Virus record (IMG/VR): IMGVR_UViG_3300037483_001022
Location: 1-33,485 of that record
Strand: one strand, 5' to 3'
Length of the DNA: 33,485 nucleotides
Origin: a virus
Taxonomy: Duplodnaviria; Caudoviricetes
The position numbers were made by a program, and so were the translations under genes. Below the pieces are notes generated by a model. That model made no database searches, was not told where the DNA came from, and saw only the letters and a program-made list of their open reading frames with translations. Positions within the stretch are counted from its first letter, which is position 1; each line of letters opens with the position of its first letter. Below, one piece after another: positions 9,776 through 17,573 of the stretch.

Positions 9776-9834
9776 GTTTGGTCCTTCCTGGCGACTTTTT
9801 GGCCCTGCCACCGGGCACTGGTTAATCATCTGAT

Positions 9835-9918
9835 CTACTATTATGATAGACTCCCCAGCCGGATATTCCTTCAAAAAAATCTGCGAAAATTCAGAAAATC
9901 TGCGGACAAAAAAGCGGG
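9835..9918 (-). promoter_or_regulatory. Leftward promoter-like element, copy 1
   Basis: ~85-bp near-identical match to 11361-11441; minus strand TTGAAG...TATCAT/CATAAT upstream of the 9775 gene. Confidence 0.6.
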
Positions 9919-9965
9919 GTTGCACCCCGGGAGGCTGTAGGCTGTAGGGGTTTTTGCATCGGGCG

Positions 9966-10397
9966 CTATAGTAGACCGCGTAGCCAGGGAATCCGAGGCA
10001 CGCGGCGCCAATGGCAGGGCCGCTCGACCGCCTTGTGCGGCCGGCCTTTTTTCTGGTCCCAGACGCTGAGTATCCATTCCTGCCCGGCGGACGGCTCCGC
10101 CGGGAGGACATCGAAGGACTCGGGTCCCAGATGGATCGCGAAGGGACTGTCGCTCAGGTCGTCGAAGAGCAGCTCGACGGCCTCGGGCAGACCCATGGCC
10201 GGCCAGGGTCCACGAGACAAGATCACCTGCCTCGCCGCTCGCATGTCCTCGATGGCTGCCCGGTGCACATCGGGGACCAGCAGGCGGATCGCCCCGGCGT
10301 TGACGGAGCAGAAGAATTTACCGTATAGCGAGTGTTCGGTCTGCCAATAGTTCGTCGCGAGGATCAGGGGTCCGTGACTCTTGATTTCGAGGATCAT
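9966..10397 (-). CDS. Conserved phage hypothetical protein
   Basis: GGAG RBS; TNYW...SVNAGAIRLLVP...ILSRGPW...ELLFDD.SDSPF motifs. Confidence 0.7.
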   Translation of the reverse strand: MILEIKSHGPLILATNYWQTEHSLYGKFFCSVNAGAIRLLVPDVHRAAIEDMRAARQVILSRGPWPAMGLPEAVELLFDDLSDSPFAIHLGPESFDVLPAEPSAGQEWILSVWDQKKGRPHKAVERPCHWRRVPRIPWLRGLL

Positions 10398-10678
10398 TCG
10401 TGCTTTCTCCTGAGCCGCTGCGCCATGTCGTGTATCCACACGCGACGGGAGATAGCCCATACGGGCGCAACGAGTTGGATCAGCCAGAGCCAAATCGGGC
10501 AGTCGGGATGGCCCCATTCCCGGTTCGGATTTTCACGAGATGCGCAGAACGTGCATTCGATTAGCCCATATCGGCCGGATCGTAGGTAGAGGATCGGTGT
10601 GCCGATGGGCAGTCCGTCGCCGCAACTCTCACACAGGAGCGGCTCGATGGCGCGGAGTCGGTGCCGATGGATCATCAT
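10394..10678 (-). CDS. Small putative Zn-binding protein
   Basis: CESC and CTFC pairs; overlaps neighbouring start/stop codons. Confidence 0.5.
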   Translation of the reverse strand: MMIHRHRLRAIEPLLCESCGDGLPIGTPILYLRSGRYGLIECTFCASRENPNREWGHPDCPIWLWLIQLVAPVWAISRRVWIHDMAQRLRRKHE

Positions 10679-11268
10679 TAGGCACCCCATATATTCGGGG
10701 AGCCGACGGCCGTAGCGTCGATGTCCATCCGCTCGGGCGACAGATCGAGGGTGATCTGCCGAACTCCCTGAGCGGTGTGCCACTCATCCATGTCGTCCGC
10801 AGTGATTCGCACGCGGACCACCTGGATACCTCCCGCGCCGGGCCATTCACGGGCGGCCAGCAGACGGACCCAGCGGGGGGAGCGTCCCTCTGCACCGTCG
10901 ATGGTATGTATGACGTGGGGAGTGTGAATTTCCCAGACGACGCGGCCGATGGTCATCTCGGGGCTTTGGCGAGAGAACCCGGCGGATTCCTCTCGGTCGT
11001 GCTGCTCGTTGGCCTGACGGATCTCCATCGCATAGCGCCGTTGGCGGTCGGCGTACTCGGGGGTCACGACCTGCCCGTTGCGATCTTGCGGGTACTTTTC
11101 CGCCGCCTTTTTGAAAGTTTCCCAATCGCAGCGGGACATCCTGCCGACGGCGTCATGGCGGGCTGTGTGGTGGGCGATTATGCAGAGGTCGGCACAGCCG
11201 TTTCCGCTGGCGAGGGCCGCCTCGATTGCCTGACGGGCCTCAGTGATGGTGATCGGTGGATTCGTCAT
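10678..11268 (-). CDS. Hypothetical protein
   Basis: GAAGGAG RBS; first gene after promoter copy 2. Confidence 0.65.
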   Translation of the reverse strand: MTNPPITITEARQAIEAALASGNGCADLCIIAHHTARHDAVGRMSRCDWETFKKAAEKYPQDRNGQVVTPEYADRQRRYAMEIRQANEQHDREESAGFSRQSPEMTIGRVVWEIHTPHVIHTIDGAEGRSPRWVRLLAAREWPGAGGIQVVRVRITADDMDEWHTAQGVRQITLDLSPERMDIDATAVGSPNIWGA

Positions 11269-11343
11269 GATCGTGCTCCTTCGTGCCCCGGAATCGCCGG
11301 GGTTGCGCCGCCGCGTACCCCGCGGCGGGAGGGTTGGCAGCTC

Positions 11344-11739
11344 TCATCGGCTGCCCACTACTACTATTATAGACTCCCCGCCCGGATATTCCTTCAAAAA
11401 AATCTGCGAAAATCTGCGAAATCTGTGGATAAAAAACCGGGTCAGCGGGCCGAGTTGATCCGGCTCCACAGCCGCCGCCGCTCCTGCCGCCGACGGAGCC
11501 ACAGGCCGGTGGCGATTGCGGTGGGCAGGGCGATCAGGGCGGTCCGTGTTGCCCGCGATGATCATGATACGGGTCATTCGCGGTAGGGCGGCAAAAGCGC
11601 GGATCATCGCCTCCAGAATCTCGTACTTGTTGCCGGGCAGCTCCTCAGCGGCCCGGTCGAAGAGATCCTTTACGTCCCCATCGATGTCGTGGCTGAATGG
11701 GATTTTTTCTGCCATTTCGTGCACCTGTGACTCGATCAT
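11344..11739 (-). CDS. Putative ribbon-helix-helix DNA-binding protein (candidate repressor)
   Basis: GGAG RBS; strand-helix-helix pattern KIPFSHDID-GDVKDLFDRAAEEL-PGNKYEILEAMIRAF; divergent from the rightward promoter. Confidence 0.5.
   Translation of the reverse strand: MIESQVHEMAEKIPFSHDIDGDVKDLFDRAAEELPGNKYEILEAMIRAFAALPRMTRIMIIAGNTDRPDRPAHRNRHRPVAPSAAGAAAAVEPDQLGPLTRFFIHRFRRFSQIFLKEYPGGESIIVVVGSR
11361..11441 (-). promoter_or_regulatory. Leftward promoter-like element, copy 2
   Basis: Minus strand TTGAAG-N20-TATAAT; repeat of 9835-9918. Confidence 0.6.
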
Positions 11740-11842
11740 TTCATTTCTCCACAAGCCTTGAAATACATTGGGTTTGCGCACGGAGCAACCAAGCAAAACA
11801 AAGGACTTGGTACATTTTCCCAAGATTTTTCTAAGAAAACCC

Positions 11843-11871
11843 TTGACGTTTGCCGATACACCCTGTAGCTT
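11843..11871 (+). promoter_or_regulatory. Rightward sigma70-like promoter
   Basis: TTGACG-N17-TAGCTT with AT-rich upstream tract at the divergence point. Confidence 0.6.
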
Positions 11872-12051
11872 CTCCACAGGATCACGGATGGCTTTTCGGT
11901 CGAGGATAGACCGGGTTTGAATTCGGGGAAGGACTCGAATGGTTGGCTGGCTCAAAACAAGTTTTCGGGGCGCATAGGGCGGCAACCCGTGTGCGCCTGT
12001 GGAGTCCGTTCCCAGGAATGACGGCTCGACGGTTCGGGCCGCGTGGTGAAT

Positions 12052-12397
12052 CCTGCCTCCCCCCTCCGTGGGGCAGTTGAGGCAGGTCTATGATAACGGA
12101 TGGGCCGGATGGGATCAAGGAAAATCCAGCAGGGGTGCAATCGTCAGCACGGTCAATGGGGTCATAAATGTCCCGGCCGCTCCATGCGTCACGCTTCCAA
12201 CGAGCCCTCCTTCGGGCGGCGTGGGATCCTACCGGCTGCGGGCCTCGGCCCGTGTCGGGCCGCGTCCGCCCGCCTTTTTTGCTGTCTCGGGGTCCTCGGG
12301 ATCAAACCCTCTCCCTCCGTCCCGGGGACCCTTCTTTTGTTCAACACGCCGCCGGGTCACCTCCGAATTCTCCTACCCTCAGACCCGGCGGTTTTTT
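12052..12397 (+). ncRNA. Putative structured leader/sRNA with C-rich loop hairpins and U-tracts
   Basis: Five hand-folded hairpins; three followed by T-runs; no convincing ORF. Confidence 0.4.
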
Positions 12398-12530
12398 CGA
12401 AATGTCGCTCGCTTCACGGGATCCCGGCCCCGACGCGGAGCGTCACGTCGGACAGGGGGGCACGGACGCCCCCGGGCCGGGTCCCTGGGGGCGGTAGCCG
12501 GTAGTCAGTAGTCGGTGAAAGGGCGTCGAG

Positions 12531-12893
12531 ATGGCGTTCAGGATCACGGAGCAAGAGATCGAGGCCGTCGCCAAGGCGATGTGGGATGTCGATTGTCCCA
12601 ACGACGGCACGCCGGCGTGGGACGCTCTCGGGCCCGGCGATAGTGAGGTCAAGGCTGCTTTTCGCCGGATGGCCTTGGCGGGTATCCGGGCCTGGCTGGC
12701 CCGGCCTCCCCGACGCGAAGCGGCGCTTCGGAGGGGCACGCCGATCGACGAAGCGGTGGAAAACTTCAAGCCGGGCGAGTCGGATTACGTGCGGGATGTT
12801 CTCCGCACGGCGGGCGAGGCGTTCGGCGGCGACGACAAGCCGGACCCACCGAAAAGCGGTGATCCCGAACGCAAGGCAGCGGAAGATGATTGA
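12531..12893 (+). CDS. Hypothetical protein
   Basis: GAAAGGG RBS; IEAVAKAMWD...W...FRRMALAGI pattern common in phage early genes. Confidence 0.6.
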   Translation: MAFRITEQEIEAVAKAMWDVDCPNDGTPAWDALGPGDSEVKAAFRRMALAGIRAWLARPPRREAALRRGTPIDEAVENFKPGESDYVRDVLRTAGEAFGGDDKPDPPKSGDPERKAAEDD

Positions 12894-13071
12894 ACAGCCA
12901 CAGAGGGCACAGAGCATGGACGAAGAGAATCGGGTGGAGCCACAGCCGGCGGATCGTAGCGACAAGGACCGCGTCAAGGACTTGCTCACGGAGGCCCTGA
13001 CGGGCACGAGTGCCAAATCGAAAACGACGCTGATCCGCGAGGCGTTGCAGATCGTCGAGCGGATGCACTGA
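12886..13071 (+). CDS. Small hypothetical protein
   Basis: Overlapping start; helical composition. Confidence 0.45.
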   Translation: MIEQPQRAQSMDEENRVEPQPADRSDKDRVKDLLTEALTGTSAKSKTTLIREALQIVERMH

Positions 13072-13115
13072 TTTTATCAGCACCCAGTTTTCAGATGAAC
13101 GGAAAGGAACGGAAG

Positions 13116-13850
13116 ATGAGCTTGAAGTTGAATCAGGTCATCGCCCTGGTCGGCGGTCGAAAGACGGCGATCCAGAAGCTGTTGACCACGGTGCATCACG
13201 GGTGGAAGGCGGACCGCGTGACGGGTATGACCCGGACGTACACGCCGAAGAATGAGGACGGAGAGCGGTTCCCCTCCGAGAACAAGGTCCTGCAACTGCG
13301 GGTTCTGGATGAACTCGCCAGGGTCAGGGCGGAGTTGGCGGACTTTTGGGACCTCGTGGCGCTCCAGGAATATTCCAACACGGCGGCTCGGTCGGACATC
13401 GTCGTGGAGGGCACGACATTGGCGGTTGATGTTCCGGTCAGTGCGTTGTTGTTTCTGGAGAAGCAGCTTACCGATCTGGCCACGCTGATCGGGACCCTCC
13501 CGACTCTGCCCATCGACAAGGCATGGAAAGAGGACGCGGGCAATCGGTGTTACGTCAGTGAGGCCGAGCAGACGACCAAGACCCGCAAGGAGCAGAAGCC
13601 GCTGGTCTTGTACCCTGCGACACCGGAGCATCCGGCGCAGACGCAGCTCATCACGGTCGATGAGACGATCGGCACCTGGAACACGGTCTACACGTCCGGC
13701 GCCATCCCCGCTTCGGGGCAGTTTGAAGCGTTGCAGCGTGTCGAGAAGCTGCGGAACGCGGTGAAGATCGCGCGGGAGCAGGCGAACAGTATTGAAGCCG
13801 GGGGCAACAATGTGGGCGCCGCACTGCTCGGTTACGTCTTTCAAAAGTAA
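13116..13850 (+). CDS. Conserved hypothetical protein (recalled as DUF7873-like), immediately upstream of a structured RNA
   Basis: KLNQVIA, RTYTPKNEDGE, DVPVSALLFLEKQLTDL, ATPEHPAQ, SGAIP, AVKIAREQAN motifs; family name from memory, unverified. Confidence 0.8.
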   Translation: MSLKLNQVIALVGGRKTAIQKLLTTVHHGWKADRVTGMTRTYTPKNEDGERFPSENKVLQLRVLDELARVRAELADFWDLVALQEYSNTAARSDIVVEGTTLAVDVPVSALLFLEKQLTDLATLIGTLPTLPIDKAWKEDAGNRCYVSEAEQTTKTRKEQKPLVLYPATPEHPAQTQLITVDETIGTWNTVYTSGAIPASGQFEALQRVEKLRNAVKIAREQANSIEAGGNNVGAALLGYVFQK

Positions 13851-13859
13851 ATAGAGCGC

Positions 13860-14237
13860 AGAGTAAGGCTTAGATTGAGTCTTAGATCCTGCCTTGTAGG
13901 TTCGAATCCTACCCCGCCTATTTTCTCTGGGGGCGGGTGGCGCAACGGCAGACGCGGCGAAAGCCGGCGGGGATCAGTACCAGACTATCGCTCTAAGCTA
14001 AACGCGTGAGGCCCATCTGGTCGAGGTCCGTCTTTTGGATCGATTGATGCGAGTTCGATTCTCGCCCCCAGCTTTTGAAAAAACTCCGCCGGGGTAGCTT
14101 AACGGTAGAGCGGATCGATGTCAGCTTGATCGACGGATTAAACGAACAGTACGGGTGGGGTCGGCAAGTCCCCTCACAAACGCACTTGTAATGCGCATAG
14201 CTCCGGTCGGTCGGATAGTGCCGGCCGGGGCCTTTAT
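13860..14237 (+). ncRNA. Structured RNA with two circularly permuted tRNA-like modules and a free anticodon-like hairpin
   Basis: Twice T-arm, then loop-closed acceptor stem, then D-arm (13896-13956; 14049-14112), each closed by long stems; terminal hairpin 14200-14231. Confidence 0.8.
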
Positions 14238-14311
14238 TGCGGCGTAGAGCAGCAGGTCAGCTCGCTGGGCCCATAACCCGGAGGTCGCTGGTTCGAATCC
14301 GGCCGCCGCTA
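14238..14311 (+). tRNA. tRNA-Met(CAT), initiator type
   Basis: Full cloverleaf; 1:72 mismatch, GGG/CCC in anticodon stem, loop CCCATAA, GGTTCGAATCC T-arm; no encoded CCA. Confidence 0.92.
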
Positions 14312-14539
14312 CTGTTTCGAAGCCTGGTGCCGACAGGCGGTAAAATTTCGAGCCCCGTGGGGAACAGGCAGCCTACGGGGTGGTGGCAGGGGATCAGACT
14401 CGGTTGAAACGTCGTGAGCCATAACCCCTGCAGCGGTTCGCCGGCCCCGGCTGGCAGAACTCGCGGGCGTGACGGCCGCCAGAGGCGGCGTTCTTTGACA
14501 ACTTCATAGGGTTCGTCGCTCGGCGATGGGCAGCGGATG

Positions 14540-14548
14540 TGGTATACT
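14540..14548 (+). promoter_or_regulatory. Extended -10 element for the integrase
   Basis: TGGTATACT about 40 nt upstream of the ATG. Confidence 0.35.
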
Positions 14549-14588
14549 CGCTGCGGGTGTGATGCCTGCGGCCGATAGGAGGTGTCAC

Positions 14589-15623
14589 ATGCCTGAGCTA
14601 TTGCTGAGTGAGCTGTTTGACAAGTTTTGGAGTTCTTCCGTCACGCAGGGCACCACGCGGGCCAAGTGCCGGTCCGCCTGGCGGGTGTTGGTGAAGCTGC
14701 TGGGCTCTTCGTTCCCGGCGGCCGACGTTGGCGCCCCGCAGATCGACGCCTATCAGCGTCATCTTCGCGATGAGGCCGCCAGCCGGTACGGCCGGGGATT
14801 CAGTGAGCACAGCGTCTTTTCCTATACCGCGGCGGTCGGTCAGGTCTTTTCCTGGTCCCTCGACGCCGGACTGGTTTCGGCCAACCCGGTGAGCCGGTGT
14901 CATCGGATCAAGGCGACGAAACGGAAGGTCCACGTCTACACCCGCGATGAGGTCGGCTCGATGCTGGACTGCGTGCGGGGCAATCCGGATCGGCAGATCG
15001 CGGCCCTGATGTGGCCGGACGCCGCCGGGGTGTTGCGGTGGACGGGGTTCTTTCTGGCTGCGTTGACTGGTCCGAGGGTCGGGGAGGTCTGGAATCTCCG
15101 ATGGGACGATATCGACCTGGAGTCCGGCGTCCTGCAGATCCGGTCCCGTGCGGACAAGCTCGGGGAGTATTGGCGGTGGACGGCCAAGGGTAAGTCGGAC
15201 CGCAGCGTGCCGATGAGCGATGATCTCTGGGCGGTCCTGTGCCGATTGCGGTCGGTTGCGCCGTGGCGGTATCCGTTTCTCAAGGAGCGGACCTGCAAGG
15301 CCAGGCAGACACAGGTGGGCCGATTGTCCGAGAGCCAGCGAAAGTATCCGTACAACAACTTCCACCGGGAGCTCCGCCGGATCGTGGCGGCCGCGAACGG
15401 CCATCGTTCGGCGGCCGGGTTGGAGCGCATCTCGGACGGGACATTTCACACGTTGCGGAAGAACGCGGCCACGCAGTTGGCCGAGCAGGGCGTGCCGAGC
15501 CACTACTGCCAAGCGGTGCTCGGACACGCCACTGATCGGCTTACCAAAGAGGTCTACACCTATGTAGACCAGCGTAAATGCCTGGAGGCGTCCCGCCAGG
15601 CGTTCAACGCAGCGCCCTGGTGA
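14589..15623 (+). CDS. int: Tyrosine recombinase/integrase
   Basis: AGGAGGT RBS; TGPRVGE (R), AKGK (K), FHTLRK (HxxR), LGH, VYTY (Y). Confidence 0.95.
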   Translation: MPELLLSELFDKFWSSSVTQGTTRAKCRSAWRVLVKLLGSSFPAADVGAPQIDAYQRHLRDEAASRYGRGFSEHSVFSYTAAVGQVFSWSLDAGLVSANPVSRCHRIKATKRKVHVYTRDEVGSMLDCVRGNPDRQIAALMWPDAAGVLRWTGFFLAALTGPRVGEVWNLRWDDIDLESGVLQIRSRADKLGEYWRWTAKGKSDRSVPMSDDLWAVLCRLRSVAPWRYPFLKERTCKARQTQVGRLSESQRKYPYNNFHRELRRIVAAANGHRSAAGLERISDGTFHTLRKNAATQLAEQGVPSHYCQAVLGHATDRLTKEVYTYVDQRKCLEASRQAFNAAPW

Positions 15624-15652
15624 AGCCCCTAATGAGCAGGGGATTTCAGCCA

Positions 15653-15694
15653 TGGGCCCGCAAGGATTCGAACCTTGGACCAAGGGATTATGAG
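15653..15694 (-). other. attP core: 3' half of a CAT-anticodon tRNA (Ile2/Met-like)
   Basis: Minus strand CTCATAATCCCTTGGTCCAAGGTTCGAATCCTTGCGGGCCCA; begins at the anticodon loop, no D-arm upstream; 30 nt from the integrase stop. Confidence 0.85.
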
Positions 15695-15766
15695 AGAAAT
15701 GGTAAAATCCTTTGGTGTTTTTGATCTATCCAACGGTATCATGCTCAGGCATCACACCTGATGTCC

Positions 15767-15799
15767 GGGGGCCGGGTCGCAACCGGCCCCCTCTTTCTT
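15767..15799 (+). terminator. Intrinsic terminator
   Basis: GGGGGCCGG-N7-CCGGCCCCC followed by TCTTTCTT. Confidence 0.5.
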
Positions 15800-16714
15800 C
15801 CCACCAATAGTCCCGGCCGGCGGTACGCCCTTTCAGGCACTGGCCGCCGGCCGGGTTTCCAAGAAATAACGCGCATCGCGTAAAGAGACCGCTGCGGATA
15901 TCCTCCAAGAAGGGCATGATCCACAGTCCCCGCCGAGTGAAAGTTCGACCGGTAGCCGGTCCAATCGCGGTCTCGCCCCCAGCCGCTGGGCGATCCGTCC
16001 GGCGGCCGGGGGATTGAATCCTCATCCCCGATGGCGACGTGGAGTGCCTTCAATCTTGCTGATTGTTGGGCCGGATGGCTGATGGGGAGATTGCGGCAAG
16101 AGAAGCAGAAGCCCCTCCCGTTGCAGCCGCGAGCAGAATCGGGCACCCCATCCGGCCCAATGCTTTGCTCTGAGCTGGCGGTGGCATGGCATGTTGTAGG
16201 CTTGCCAAATCCGCACGGTGCAGCCGCCGGGTCAACCGTGCCCGCCAGCATCCTGGCTTTTCATCATTCCCTTCGCTATATCTCCCATCACGACGGCAGG
16301 CGGCATGCGGGAAGTGATAAGCCGGGCGGTCGGGTTTACAGCCGTCCAACTGGCTAAGTTCGACGCGGCGTCACCTTCGGTGGGTGTGCCGGGTCGCGCA
16401 AGGAAGTACCGCGGACACCGAGCCGCCTGCCATTTTGACCTCGTTTCGGATTTCGGATTTCGAAATTCGGATTTACTCCGCCGCGGCCTCGGACGCGGTG
16501 GAGTCTGATCGTCGCCCACGGGAATCACGGAATTGTGCGTGCAGTTCTGTCCCTATCAGTCCCCGTGGGCAGAGTGTAAACCGCCCCAGACCAACGGCCA
16601 GGATCCGGGGTGTTACCAGGCCGGGCAGGAGGCCCGGACAACCCGGCCTCTGCGGCGGTCACGGACGGCCGCTGCGGGGCCGTCGTGAATTGAAGAGTGG
16701 CAGGAAGGAGAATT

Positions 16715-17518
16715 ATGCGTATGACACTTGCGTCGATCATTCTGTTCGTGGGCATCGGGTTTGCCATCGGGGTTGCGGTCTGCGCGATCCGCGCCGAGGC
16801 GGCGGGGATCGCCCGGTGTGAATCATGCGAGATGCTGAACGCCGACGCCGACCGGATGCTGGCCGAGTGCGAGGGCGTGGAGGATGCCGGGGCCGAGTCC
16901 ACGCTGCCGCCCCGCGTGACGCGGGCGATTCGCCCCGACGCGAAGCGGCGCTTCGGGGAGGCCGCCGATGCGATCCCGCAAACCGGCAACTGCCAACCGT
17001 CAACCGACAACTTGCTCGCTGGTACCTGTGTCTGGATCGATCTCGACATCATCGAGCATTTGGAGACCGGCGGCCTGCCGTCCGAGAAGGATCGGGACGA
17101 AGCGGTCGGCCGAGCCGGGGAGCGGGGCCGCTACCAGATCACGGCAGCGGCGTGGCGTGATGCGATGGATTGGCTCAAGTCCCGCCGCGGCTACAAGGTT
17201 TCCTGGCTGTTCGAGGCCCGGGCCCACGACGGCGGCTACGCGCGGGTGATCGCGGGGACGTACCTCAACGAGGTCCTGCCGCGTCAACTGACGTGCGCGA
17301 GGTTGGACGCCCACGATCGAACCGGCCCGGTTCCCGACAGTTGGTACGCCCGCGTGGCGGCCTACAACGCGGGCGCCCGGCGGGTGCGTGAGGCGTACGC
17401 GGCGTGGAAGGCCGAGGAGGGTACGGCGCTGCCCTGGACGGCGTTCCTGCCGGAGCCCACGATTGCGTACCTCGCCCGCTACGCGGCGGCGGCGGACAAG
17501 GTCGCGGGTATTCGGTAG
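16715..17518 (+). CDS. SLT/lysozyme-like transglycosylase with N-terminal membrane anchor (candidate endolysin)
   Basis: AGGAAGGAG RBS; TM helix; LETGG catalytic Glu, GERGRYQI, AAYNAG. Confidence 0.7.
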   Translation: MRMTLASIILFVGIGFAIGVAVCAIRAEAAGIARCESCEMLNADADRMLAECEGVEDAGAESTLPPRVTRAIRPDAKRRFGEAADAIPQTGNCQPSTDNLLAGTCVWIDLDIIEHLETGGLPSEKDRDEAVGRAGERGRYQITAAAWRDAMDWLKSRRGYKVSWLFEARAHDGGYARVIAGTYLNEVLPRQLTCARLDAHDRTGPVPDSWYARVAAYNAGARRVREAYAAWKAEEGTALPWTAFLPEPTIAYLARYAAAADKVAGIR

Positions 17519-17573
17519 CCGGTAGCCGGCAACTGGGAACTAACAACTGACTACTGTTTTTGAAAGGAGTCGC

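Noticed and set aside
9776-10111. N-terminal extension of the 8759 ORF to 450 aa
   Set aside because: It crosses the promoter repeat and overlaps the 9966 gene; a good RBS supports the start at 9775
13931-14072. A single intron-containing tRNA made of the module 1 D-arm and the module 2 T-arm
   Set aside because: GGGCGGG pairs with the upstream CCCGCCT, not with CCCCAGC, and no anticodon arm or self-splicing intron core is visible; the permuted pairing fits both modules better
13860-14237. Two-piece (permuted) tmRNA
   Set aside because: No G3-U70 alanine determinant, full D-stems are present, and no tag reading frame ending in an ALAA-like peptide was found
14495-14500. Perfect TTGACA as integrase -35 box
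   Set aside because: No -10 hexamer 16-18 nt downstream; the TATACT lies over 40 nt away
14598-15683. 361-aa antisense ORF and similar long shadow ORFs (3072-4139, 3859-4833, 10540-11586, 26096-27256, 28715-29842)
   Set aside because: They lie opposite well-supported genes in GC-rich DNA, and lack RBS and motifs
15653-15694. Complete tRNA gene on the minus strand
   Set aside because: No 5' acceptor strand or D-arm upstream of the anticodon loop; treated as att core
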